A stretch of 26,806 bases of DNA. Origin: an uncultured Verrucomicrobiales bacterium (GTDB lineage Bacteria; Verrucomicrobiota; Verrucomicrobiia; Verrucomicrobiales; DEV007). The number at the start of each line of letters is the position of its first letter. Position 1 is the stretch's first letter. The DNA is taken from contig CALKOM010000010.1 in assembly GCA_938091905.1 (NCBI GenBank), positions 1 to 26,806 on the forward strand, given 5' to 3'. Below the pieces are notes generated by a model. The model was not told the origin of the DNA and did not search any database. It saw nothing but the letters and a program-made list of their open reading frames with translations. This document shows, in pieces, positions 18,279 to 26,806 of this stretch. A program made the translations under genes and the position numbers.

Positions 18279-19436
18279 CTAACTCTCCTTCCAATCCAGC
18301 CCTTCATGCAGCGTCGAAAGAATCTCGTGGCCGTCTCGCGTGGCAACGACCATGTCCTCAACTCGCACGCCGCCAAACGTCCCCGAGTAGAGACCAGGCT
18401 CCACGGTGAACACTTCGTTCTCCAAAATCTCGCCACCGCCGTCATCCAGCAGGATGGGTTCATGCACTTCTAGTCCGATCCCATGCCCGGTGCCGTGACG
18501 CATCGTCGCGGTCTCTTGATCGTGTCGGGCATCGCCTCGAACCATGGAGAAGCCGTGCGCCTCGATCTCTTTGGCAACTACTCGATGCACTGCTTCTCCG
18601 GTCGTTCCCGTTTTAAGCGCCTCGCAGCCTGCGTCCTTGGCGGCGCGAACGGCCGCGTGCATCTTGCGACACTCATCCGAAGGCTCGCCGCACACGACGG
18701 TGCGGGTCATGTCGCCATGATAGCGGGTGGCATTGTCCATGGGGAAGATGTCCACGATGATCGGCATGTTGGCTTTAAGAGGGCCAGTTCCAAAGTGATG
18801 ACAATCGGCCACGTGGGGAACGGTCACGACGATGGAGTCTTGTGAGTTGGAGAAGTTTCGCTCTATCAGAAACGCAGTAATCATGGCACGTATCCGTTCG
18901 GATGTTAGGACCTCACCTTCATATTGCAAGATGCCTTCGGCGGCCGGCTTCGCTTTAGCAATCGTACGGCAGGCATAGGTCATTGCTTCCCCTGTGATCT
19001 TCTGCGCGTGGCGCAAATGCTCGATCTCCTCAGGGGTCTTGCTTCGCCGCTCGGTCACCCCGAAGTCTTCAGAATAGGTGACCCCAATCCCAGCCTCCAG
19101 CAGATGATGCGCATAAAGGTATGGAAGCGACCTATCTACCATAACCTCTGTTTCCCCTGCCTGTCGGACACACTCGGCGGCAGCCTGTGCAAGCGCCGTA
19201 TCTCGATCTCCAGAGAGACCGCCCTCAGGTGTGAAAGCCGCCGCACAACTCACTAGGTCCGCTGGCGCTTCCTTCCGGGCGCGATCCATTTCAATGTCCC
19301 TGACAAGAAACACGGAGTTGCCACCAGCAAAGTCGATGATAACGGACGAATCCGGCACGAGGAAACGCACACGGTGATAGAGAGTCGCGTTCTGCGAGGC
19401 GATGCCTGCCAGGAGAGTGGTCGATTTCGAAGCCAT
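18279..19436 (-). CDS. M24-family (Xaa-Pro) metallopeptidase
   Basis: IVDIFP, YHGDMTRT, HGTGHGIGLEVHEP, FTVEPGLY, GGVRVED metal-ligand motifs. Confidence 0.93.
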   Translation of the reverse strand: MASKSTTLLAGIASQNATLYHRVRFLVPDSSVIIDFAGGNSVFLVRDIEMDRARKEAPADLVSCAAAFTPEGGLSGDRDTALAQAAAECVRQAGETEVMVDRSLPYLYAHHLLEAGIGVTYSEDFGVTERRSKTPEEIEHLRHAQKITGEAMTYACRTIAKAKPAAEGILQYEGEVLTSERIRAMITAFLIERNFSNSQDSIVVTVPHVADCHHFGTGPLKANMPIIVDIFPMDNATRYHGDMTRTVVCGEPSDECRKMHAAVRAAKDAGCEALKTGTTGEAVHRVVAKEIEAHGFSMVRGDARHDQETATMRHGTGHGIGLEVHEPILLDDGGGEILENEVFTVEPGLYSGTFGGVRVEDMVVATRDGHEILSTLHEGLDWKES

Positions 19437-19450
19437 GTGGTCTAGTGATG

Positions 19451-20461
19451 TCAGTCCTTTGAGAAATCGGAAACGCGTTCACCGGTGAACGATTCGAGAA
19501 AGGCCACGAGAGCATCCACTTCGACTTCACTCAAGCCAAGTGGAAGCAACTCCCCAGCCCCTTCCGCAACATTGTAAAACTCGACCACCTCTTTCAAGGT
19601 CGCAATCGAGCCGTCGTGCATGTACGGAGGCGTCAACGCCACATTGCGCAACGAGGGTGTCTTAAACAGAAGACGATCGATTGGCTCCTCGGTTACCTCG
19701 AATCGCCCAAGGTCCGTAGCTGGTTCATCAGCGACCTCGCTGATAGGAACGCCCGTCATGTGAAAAGAATGGTCGGTCATGAGAACAGACGCCTCACTGT
19801 TTAGGGGATGACATTGCCAGCACTGAGCGCGCCCAATGAACAACTGATAGCCTTCATGCGCCGCTTCGCTCAAAGCGGGTTTCCCTGCATTCCAACGATC
19901 ATAGGCCGAGCTTCCCGATAGCAGCGTTCGCTGGAAACATGCTAGAGATTTCGCTACCGTTTCTTTGCTAGGCTCGTCATTGCCGAAGGCTCGTTTAAAG
20001 AGACCACGATAAGCTTCCGACACCCGCAGCCGTTCTAACACCTTTTCCTCAGACACATTGCCCATTTCGTCTTCTGCCAGGATAGGTTCCCAGGCTTGTT
20101 CTTCCAACGACGTCGATCGACCATCGAAGAACAGGTTCTTCGCGAAGGCTACATTGAAAAGCGAGGGCGTATTGCGACGCCCTAACTTGCCGTCCACCCC
20201 CTTCGATCTAACGGCACCTTGTTCGGCGAAGGCTTCCTCAGGCTTGTGACAAGTGGCGCAGGAAATAGAACCATCGCGCGAAAGCATCTTATCGAAGAAG
20301 AGCTTCTCTCCCAGCAAACGCTTGGCTTCGGTCAAAGGATTGGATGCCGGATGCTCGACAGAAACGAGGCCCAATGGAGGCGTTTCCTCTCCGGTCGCGG
20401 CAATCAACGCCAACAACCCGAGTAGGCTGGCAAGAAGGCTGCGGACGGAATGAAGGACCAT
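19451..20461 (-). CDS. Di-heme cytochrome c peroxidase/MauG superfamily protein
   Basis: Signal peptide; LGEKLFFDKMLS, two CxxCH motifs (CATCH, CWQCH), RNTPSLFN, FFDGR, FKTPSLRNVALTPPYMHDGS. Confidence 0.92.
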   Translation of the reverse strand: MVLHSVRSLLASLLGLLALIAATGEETPPLGLVSVEHPASNPLTEAKRLLGEKLFFDKMLSRDGSISCATCHKPEEAFAEQGAVRSKGVDGKLGRRNTPSLFNVAFAKNLFFDGRSTSLEEQAWEPILAEDEMGNVSEEKVLERLRVSEAYRGLFKRAFGNDEPSKETVAKSLACFQRTLLSGSSAYDRWNAGKPALSEAAHEGYQLFIGRAQCWQCHPLNSEASVLMTDHSFHMTGVPISEVADEPATDLGRFEVTEEPIDRLLFKTPSLRNVALTPPYMHDGSIATLKEVVEFYNVAEGAGELLPLGLSEVEVDALVAFLESFTGERVSDFSKD

Positions 20462-20564
20462 TGGTTCAGCATAACCCCAGAGACCCTGTTTTGAAAACCG
20501 TGATTGAGAGCTAACAACACGTCTCTGCTTTCAACTCCCTTGCTTTCCTCTAGAGTCTCCCAGG

Positions 20565-23156
20565 ATGAAACAACTGCCATCCCCAGCACTCATCGTCTTC
20601 GGTTGCCTACTTGCTGCACTCCCTGCGTCTGCACAGGAGAAACAGGGAAACATCGTGGAGTATTTCGGAAAGGAGAAGGTGACGGACACAGTCGAGGGAA
20701 CGGCCATCCACACCTTCACGAAAGGACTCGTGATGGGAGGAAGCCGTGCCTCGAGGAACACTGGATCAACTCCAAAGGAACCCATCGTGGCGTCTCTTCT
20801 CTTGGACCCTACCTTTCGAATCGAAGAGGGAACCGAAGGTAGACGCTCTCGCGGTGGTGACGTCATGAAATGGGAAACGATTGAGGCCGATGAGAAGCAA
20901 GAATTCTCGGACCGACGTTTGCGCTCCGGCTATCTCTATCTGGAATATGACTCTGCGGGTGAGCAAACGGTGCTGTTGGATGCTTCCGGGAGTACGAAGG
21001 TGTTTGTGAATGGCCTGCCTCACGAAGGTGATCACTACGACTTTGGGTGGTCATTGATTCCCATCCATCTCAAGGCGGGGAGCAACAACTTGCTCATGAC
21101 GGGAGGCCGCTTTTCAAGAATGCGCGCTCGGCTATTGGTGCCCAAGGCCCCGGTTCAGTTGACGCCGCGCGACAAGACGCTGCCTGACATCTTGGTCGAA
21201 GATGATGCTGTTCTCTTGGGCGGGATTCGAATTGTCAATGCAAGCAACGATTGGTTTGCAGGAACGATTGAATGCGATCTGGGAGGAAATAGTCGAACAA
21301 CGGCGATCGCAAGAGTTAGCCCTCTCAATACAAGAAAAGTAGCCTTTCAAATTCCGTCGCCGAGCAATCCAGATGGCGAGAAACAGTCGGCATCAGTGAT
21401 CTTGAAAAACGCGGCGGGAACGGAGCTCTCTCGCTTGGGTATCGTTCTCAATGTCCGATCACAGCACGCTCATCACAAACGCACCTTTCTAAGTAGGATC
21501 GATCAGAGCGTTCAGTACTATGCCGTGGCCCCTTGCACGAATCATGAGCTGGCGAAACCGGCGATGTTCCTTTCAGTGCACGGCGCTTCGGTAGAAGCCA
21601 CGGGTCAAGCGGCAGCCTACAAGCAGAAAGATTGGGGGCATCTGGTGGCGCCAACCAATCGGAGGCCGTTCGGATTTGCTTGGGAAGATTGGGGGCGGTT
21701 GGATGCTTTGGAGGTCTTGAATCATGCCGAGCAGCTATTCGATACGGATCAACAACGCACCTACTTGACTGGGCATTCCATGGGAGGGCATGGAACCTGG
21801 TACCTTGGCGCCACGTATCCAGACCGGTTTGCAGCCATTGGCCCGGCTGCAGGGTATCCTGACTTGTTAAGCTACCGAGACAGCTTTCGACACCGGTTGA
21901 AAACGGCTTCGGACGAAGACCTGGAAAGATTTGGAATGACCCGAAAACGGGCCGATCAGATGGTGAAAGAAATGGAGTCGAAAACAGTCGAGCATCCTGA
22001 CATGGATGCCATGATTCGCCGGGCAGGAAATCCCAGTCGCACCTTGAAACTACAGCGGAACTACCTTCAGCAAGGCGTCTATATCTTGCATGGCGAGAAA
22101 GACACGGTGGTGCCTACTTACCTGGCACGTGAAATGCGCGAGGTGCTCGCCAAGTTTCATCCCGACTTCTGCTACTATGAGTATCCCGGCGGAACGCATT
22201 GGTACGGCAACCACAGTGTGGATTGGCAGCCGCTGTTCGATTTCTTTCAGTTTAGGAAGATCAAGGCGTCCGAGGAAATTGAGAAGCTGGAATTCCACAC
22301 CGCCTCACCAGGGGTGTCGGCCTCATCTCACTTTGTCACGATCATTCAACAGGTGAATCCCTTTGAGATTTCCTCCTTTCAGTTCGAGCGCGGCGAGCTT
22401 CCTAAACTCACTTTTGCAAACGTCAGTGCTGTCTCCGTGGATCTGAAAAAAATGGGCCAACCGGACAAGATTAAGGTGACCGATCAGGAGTTTGACGTGA
22501 AGAGGCGCGAAGCGATCTCTCTCAAACTGGACGGCGATTCCTGGACGCTTGTTGAAGAGATTCCGAAATCCGAGAAGGGTCCGCATCGGAGCGGCGGATT
22601 CAAAGATGCTTTTCGGCATGGGTTGATGCTCGTCTATGCTACGGGAGGTTCGGCTAGCGAGAACACCTGGTACTATCATCGGGCAAAACATGACGCCGAG
22701 ACATTCTATTACCGAGCCAATGGGAACGTGGAGATCGTCCCGGACACAGATTTCGTGTCAGCTAACCATGTCGACCGGAATGTGATCTTGTATGGGAATC
22801 AGGACAACAATGCCGCCTGGGAAAGTCTTCTCCAAGGGGCGCCTTTGCAGGTCGCCAATGGAAGCCTGCAGCTGGGAGATCGAACATTGACCGGAGACCA
22901 CTACGGGGCCTACGTCATCTATCCACGAAAGGATAGTGCCTTTGCAAGTGTTGGCGTGGTCACCGCCACGGGAGATCGGGGCATGAAAGCGGCCTATTCA
23001 AACCATTATCTCGTAAATGGCACTTCTTTTCCCGATGTGCTCATCTTTGATGACAAGGTACTCGCAGAGGGGCTTGATGGCGTGACGGCCAGTGGCTTTT
23101 TTGGCAACGACTGGTCTGTCGAGAATGGAGACTTCGTCTGGAAATCATCAGAGTAA
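20565..23156 (+). CDS. Large secreted alpha/beta-hydrolase (S9 peptidase/esterase-like) with N-terminal beta-sandwich domains
   Basis: Signal peptide; LSVHGA, nucleophile elbow TGHSMGG, YPDRFAAI, ILHGEKDTVV (Asp), GGTHW (His). Confidence 0.85.
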   Translation: MKQLPSPALIVFGCLLAALPASAQEKQGNIVEYFGKEKVTDTVEGTAIHTFTKGLVMGGSRASRNTGSTPKEPIVASLLLDPTFRIEEGTEGRRSRGGDVMKWETIEADEKQEFSDRRLRSGYLYLEYDSAGEQTVLLDASGSTKVFVNGLPHEGDHYDFGWSLIPIHLKAGSNNLLMTGGRFSRMRARLLVPKAPVQLTPRDKTLPDILVEDDAVLLGGIRIVNASNDWFAGTIECDLGGNSRTTAIARVSPLNTRKVAFQIPSPSNPDGEKQSASVILKNAAGTELSRLGIVLNVRSQHAHHKRTFLSRIDQSVQYYAVAPCTNHELAKPAMFLSVHGASVEATGQAAAYKQKDWGHLVAPTNRRPFGFAWEDWGRLDALEVLNHAEQLFDTDQQRTYLTGHSMGGHGTWYLGATYPDRFAAIGPAAGYPDLLSYRDSFRHRLKTASDEDLERFGMTRKRADQMVKEMESKTVEHPDMDAMIRRAGNPSRTLKLQRNYLQQGVYILHGEKDTVVPTYLAREMREVLAKFHPDFCYYEYPGGTHWYGNHSVDWQPLFDFFQFRKIKASEEIEKLEFHTASPGVSASSHFVTIIQQVNPFEISSFQFERGELPKLTFANVSAVSVDLKKMGQPDKIKVTDQEFDVKRREAISLKLDGDSWTLVEEIPKSEKGPHRSGGFKDAFRHGLMLVYATGGSASENTWYYHRAKHDAETFYYRANGNVEIVPDTDFVSANHVDRNVILYGNQDNNAAWESLLQGAPLQVANGSLQLGDRTLTGDHYGAYVIYPRKDSAFASVGVVTATGDRGMKAAYSNHYLVNGTSFPDVLIFDDKVLAEGLDGVTASGFFGNDWSVENGDFVWKSSE

Positions 23157-23228
23157 GCATCAAGCAATACCGCGTTCTGATCAGACACAGCCTCGAAAGG
23201 ACCCGAGCAAGGCGATCAGAGGATCTGT

Positions 23229-24188
23229 TCATTCCTCGGCGAGTCTGCGTTCCAGGAAATCCGCGACCCGCTCGAAGGGATCGAAACCGAAAGCTTCGCC
23301 AACCGGGCGCCGCAGGTTGGAGTTGGCGTTGATGTCGTAGAAGACGCGGCGACCGTCAGGTGTTTCGAGATACTCGATGCCAGCCACGTCCATCTCGGCG
23401 CTCTGAACGATGTGCTGTCCGGCTTCGCGGGCTTCGTCTGGTAATTCGTGATAAGGATAGAATTCAACGGGCAGCACTTCTTCTTGAGGAATCGCACAAG
23501 TGCCAATCTCATCCAAATCAGCAGGATTGCAGGCTTCAGACGGACACAGGTTATAGCGTCCGTGAGTCACGACGCGCATGGCGTAGAGGAGTTCGTCACC
23601 CAAGAATTCCATGCGCACGATGCCAAACTCCGGATCGTGAGGAAGGTACTCCTGCAGAAGCAAGAGTTGATCGGGTTCCCAGAGTTCTGGCTGTTTCTCT
23701 AGCAAATCGCGTAAATCATCGAGAGATTCGATCTTGTGCATGCGAGCGCCGCTGCCTCCTTGTTCCGGTTTCAACATCCCTGGAAAACATAAATCATCCC
23801 GCCCTGCGAGAGCGTCGACGTCATTGAAGACAATCGAACGCGGATGATCGATACCCAGCTCCTTCAACCGAGCAACCTGAGCACTCTTGGAAAGTTCGAA
23901 GGCAAAGACATCGGCGCCATTGAGAACACGCGCCCCTTGAATCTGCAAGTTCTTGAGCAGTGCTAGGGTGAACGGAAGGACCCGTTGGCAACCGCGCACA
24001 TACGCGCTGGGGCTAGCTTGGTTAAAGTAGACTTTAGCCGTCGGAAGCTCATGACAGCCAAAGGCAGCCAATTTAAGATCGACCTTGGAATAGGAAAGCT
24101 CCCTCTTTTCGAGGACGTCGAACAGAGGTTGCTGCCAGACCTCGTTCTCAAAAAGAATCGCTAGATCGGTTGTGTGGGTTTTGCCCAT
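23229..24188 (-). CDS. RimK/glutathione synthetase-like ATP-grasp ligase
   Basis: VLNG...ELSK, MLKPEQGGSGA, LLQEYLP, VAGIEYL, FYDINANSN. Confidence 0.85.
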   Translation of the reverse strand: MGKTHTTDLAILFENEVWQQPLFDVLEKRELSYSKVDLKLAAFGCHELPTAKVYFNQASPSAYVRGCQRVLPFTLALLKNLQIQGARVLNGADVFAFELSKSAQVARLKELGIDHPRSIVFNDVDALAGRDDLCFPGMLKPEQGGSGARMHKIESLDDLRDLLEKQPELWEPDQLLLLQEYLPHDPEFGIVRMEFLGDELLYAMRVVTHGRYNLCPSEACNPADLDEIGTCAIPQEEVLPVEFYPYHELPDEAREAGQHIVQSAEMDVAGIEYLETPDGRRVFYDINANSNLRRPVGEAFGFDPFERVADFLERRLAEE

Positions 24189-24254
24189 TTCTTTTACTTA
24201 CTTGTCCGTTTTTTGAGTCGGCGCGAGGATAGATTGCTGAATACGACGAAACAG

Positions 24255-24668
24255 ATGGAACGGAGAGACGAACAGCGATTATTGACCCGCTAACTGGCAA
24301 CGGGCGACGAGCGGTATTTCAAGGAGTTGGATTGGTTCTTGGATGCTCGCAGCGAGCAGTCGGGAACTGGTCGTGGCGCCCCTCAATATGCCGAAGGCCA
24401 TCACCTGCCTAGAAAGCCTTTCGGAGTCGAGTTCGCGCGAGGCCCAGTCGTCGCCCTCATCGTCAGACAGGTTCACAAGGCCCCTGAGGACGCCATAGGC
24501 TGGGCTAAGTCGGTTACCGAACCGGCCCTCAACAAAAAGACTCACACCAACCTAGCGAATGATTGATTACGCAAAGACCCCGCCGCGGCAACGATGTAAA
24601 TCCAGACCAGCGAGGAGTTCTCAACGAATGAGAAGATGGCCTTTTTTGCGTTAAGTTGGCACGTAGAA
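24255..24668 (+). pseudogene. Degraded 3' remnant of a PVC-type helical repeat protein (W-x-x-x-D-P-x-A-A repeats)
   Basis: Stitching frames gives DWFL...AVGNWSWR / NMPKAITCLESLSESSSREA / VVALIVRQVHKAPEDAIGWAKSVTEPALNKKTHTNLAND*LRKDPAAATM*IQTSEEFSTNEK. Stops TGA 24564-24566 and TAA 24597-24599 lie where Trp is expected. Boundaries are approximate. Confidence 0.5.
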
Positions 24669-24686
24669 GTAGCAGACCATCCCAAG

Positions 24687-26213
24687 TTACCTTCGACCAT
24701 GGTTGGAATTCTCCCGCCCACCGAAATACTTTTCGCGAATCCATTTCGGCTGCCACACATCCAAAACGCGCGATTCGTTGTCGTAAGAAGGGGTCTTGTC
24801 TTCGGGCTTGGTCACCACCAAGGGATGAGGATCGCCGAGTCGTTCCCTCCAAGTCTCCATGAGTGCTTCCATCTTCGTGAGCGCAGGCCGATGATCCGCA
24901 TATGTGGCAATGTTAAAAATCTCGTGAGGATCAGTCGAGAGATCGAACAGAAGTCGATGGTTGATCTGAGGGTAAACGTGAAGTTTCCATCGCCCATCGC
25001 TCACGGCGCGCTGGTTGTTTTGAAAGGGTAGGAAGCAGGAATCCCTGACCTTGCCCGTATTTCCCTGAATGACGGGCAGCAGACTTCGTGAGTCGATACC
25101 CGCTGGCGCATCGACCTTCGCCACGTCGCAAAGGGTCGCGTAGAGGTCGTGAACGTAGGTGAAGCCATCGCTGGCATGACCTTTCGAAATTCCTGGCCCG
25201 CTAAGGATCAATGGGCATCGCATGCTTTGCTCGTAGACATTCTGTTTACCGAGGAGTCCATGGCTCCCCATGGCCAGTCCGTGGTCAGCGGTGTAGACAA
25301 TCAACGTATTGTTGGCGTGAGGACTATCCTTCAAGGCGGCAAGAATGCGGCCTACTTGTTCGTCAAGATGCGTGATCAGGCCATAGTATTCGCAGAGCTG
25401 ATCGCTGATCACGTCCTTTTTCCTCGGCCAAGGAGCTAGGCCTTCATCCCGGCCCATCGTCACTTGGGGTGCATTCTTGAAAGGATGCTGCGGCAAGTAG
25501 TTCGGAGGAAGAGGCGGACGATTCCTATAGTATTTTTCCCGATAGGCCTCTAGTGGATTGCGCGGGTCGTGCGGCGCCATGAACGCAACGTAGAGGAAGA
25601 ATGGCCTCTCTGTTTCAGCTTTCTTGATAAACGAAATCGCCTCCTCAGCAAAGACAGTGCTAGAGAATCCTCCAGCCTCTCGTTTCGAGGTGAGTTCACC
25701 GTCATCGAGATCCTGTACTTGAAAGTCCGCGTGATTCGCCATGCCACCCATGTACACTGAGCGTCCTTCAGAAAACGAGGCGTCGAGCGTCTTCTTGCCG
25801 TTGTGCCACTTGCCAATGATGAACGAGTGATACTTTCCCTTCTCTCGAAGCAGAGTCGGAAGCGCTGTCGAGCCAACCCAATTTGATGCTGGTTTCTTCG
25901 AAGGAAGATTCATCCAGTGCCGTCCGGTCATGAGCATGGCTCGGCTTGCCACGCAAACTGCGCCACTGAACGAACCCGCACAGTAGTTTCTCCGGAAACT
26001 CGTGCCCTCGGCGACCAGCTGATCAAGATTAGGTGTGTGAATGTGTGGATTTCCATGGGCGGAAATCGTGTCCGCACGTTGATCATCCGCGAAGAGAAAG
26101 ATGATGTTGGGGCGAGCATCTTCCGCCTCGGCACTGGCAGTTCCGAGGAGAAGGATCGGCGCACAAGCGATGGCGAGCCGCAGTAATGGGGTCGTAATGA
26201 AGGTGCAAGTCAT
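24687..26213 (-). CDS. S1 sulfatase (Cys-type, CxAxR variant), secreted
   Basis: Signal peptide; PNIIFLFADD, TPNLDQL, signature CVASRA, GKWH, FMAPHDPR, ADHGLAMGSHGLLGKQN, LFDLSTDPHE. Confidence 0.92.
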   Translation of the reverse strand: MTCTFITTPLLRLAIACAPILLLGTASAEAEDARPNIIFLFADDQRADTISAHGNPHIHTPNLDQLVAEGTSFRRNYCAGSFSGAVCVASRAMLMTGRHWMNLPSKKPASNWVGSTALPTLLREKGKYHSFIIGKWHNGKKTLDASFSEGRSVYMGGMANHADFQVQDLDDGELTSKREAGGFSSTVFAEEAISFIKKAETERPFFLYVAFMAPHDPRNPLEAYREKYYRNRPPLPPNYLPQHPFKNAPQVTMGRDEGLAPWPRKKDVISDQLCEYYGLITHLDEQVGRILAALKDSPHANNTLIVYTADHGLAMGSHGLLGKQNVYEQSMRCPLILSGPGISKGHASDGFTYVHDLYATLCDVAKVDAPAGIDSRSLLPVIQGNTGKVRDSCFLPFQNNQRAVSDGRWKLHVYPQINHRLLFDLSTDPHEIFNIATYADHRPALTKMEALMETWRERLGDPHPLVVTKPEDKTPSYDNESRVLDVWQPKWIREKYFGGRENSNHGRR

Positions 26214-26516
26214 GACAATGAGTTTCTAACCTTGCAGGTAATCGCAATTCGAAGAGCCAGGTCGGAATAGTTTTCCATTAACAATCTTAAAACTATCATC
26301 CTAAATAACGACACATGTCCAAATCGTAAATGTGTTTCAGGAAGTTTTGAATCCCACGTTTTAGGAGGTTCGGCACGAACTGACCTTCTACGTGAAGACT
26401 AGTTCAGATCTCGACACCTGGAGCTCTAGCGGGGTCCCACTCTCAATGACCTGCTCCCCGAAAAGTAGACAGGCCTGAACTGGAGTCTGTTTGGTAATAT
26501 CCACCCCACAGACCTC

Positions 26517-26783
26517 ATGAAACGAAAGCGATTCAGCGAAGAACAAATCATCGGCGTCCTCCGAGAATCAGGCGCCGAGATGACAACCAAAGAACTGTGC
26601 GCCAAGCACAACATCAGCCTGGCGACTTTCTATGCCTGGAAGCGCAAATACGGCGACATGGACGGCGACGAAGTCCGTCGCCTCAAAGCGATGGAGTCCG
26701 AGAACGCGCGTCTCAAACGCATCGTCGCCGAGCTCACAGTGCAGAATGATATCCTCAAAGAAGTCAATCAGCGAAAGTGGTAG
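26517..26783 (+). CDS. IS3-family transposase OrfA (HTH + leucine zipper)
   Basis: MKRKRFSEEQIIGVLRE...LCAKHNISLATFYAWKRKY...RLKAMESENARLKRIVAEL...KW*. Confidence 0.95.
   Translation: MKRKRFSEEQIIGVLRESGAEMTTKELCAKHNISLATFYAWKRKYGDMDGDEVRRLKAMESENARLKRIVAELTVQNDILKEVNQRKW
26772..26777 (+). other. Putative programmed -1 ribosomal frameshift site CGA AAG (orfA/orfB junction)
   Basis: orfA ends CAG CGA AAG TGG TAG; the -1 frame reads AAA GTG GTA GGC CCG GCA, a typical OrfB start. Confidence 0.65.
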
Positions 26784-26806
26784 GCCCGGCAGCCAAGAGG
26801 CAAGCA

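Larger units (their letters stand above)
26447..26806 (+). mobile_element. IS3-family insertion sequence (IS407-group-like), left end, truncated by the window edge
   Basis: 5'-TG terminus TGACCTGCTCCCCGAAAAGTAGACA at 26447 resembles an IS3 left inverted repeat. It is followed by orfA and a -1-frame orfB start KVVGPAAKRQA. Confidence 0.88.

Noticed and set aside
26214..26446. AT-rich stretch with short inverted repeats (ACACAT/ATGTGT; GAACT..CTTC/GAAG..AGTTC) before the IS
   Set aside because: Short imperfect stems compatible with chance or an ordinary promoter region; no element could be assigned.

Overview
Bacterial accessory, carbohydrate- and sulfate-ester-degrading region of moderately high GC. 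The gene content and protein styles suggest a marine PVC-superphylum organism, probably Verrucomicrobiota (inference). The core (8357-16912) is a compact, divergently organised beta-1,3-glucan (laminarin) utilisation locus. The left arm is a GPH/MFS sugar transporter, a GH149-like beta-1,3-glucan phosphorylase and a GH158-like endo-glucanase. The right arm is a LacI regulator and a malectin-GH16 lipoprotein. The short intergenic region holds two identical TGAAACCGGTTTCA operators, one inside a perfect 26-bp palindrome that also fills the spacer of a sigma70-like promoter. Flanking genes encode a BCCT transporter, a PL1-like pectate lyase, a SAM methyltransferase, three Cys-type sulfatases, an M24 peptidase, a di-heme CCP/MauG-family protein, a large alpha/beta-hydrolase and a RimK-like ATP-grasp ligase. 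The left end of an IS3-family element with a CGA-AAG frameshift site closes the window. Three genes are disrupted: a CBM-like/cytochrome c/PQQ sugar dehydrogenase fusion (1 frameshift, 3 in-frame stops), a sulfatase (1 amber stop) and a decayed helical-repeat gene remnant that the ORF track does not reveal. All family calls come from motif recognition by eye, not from database searches.
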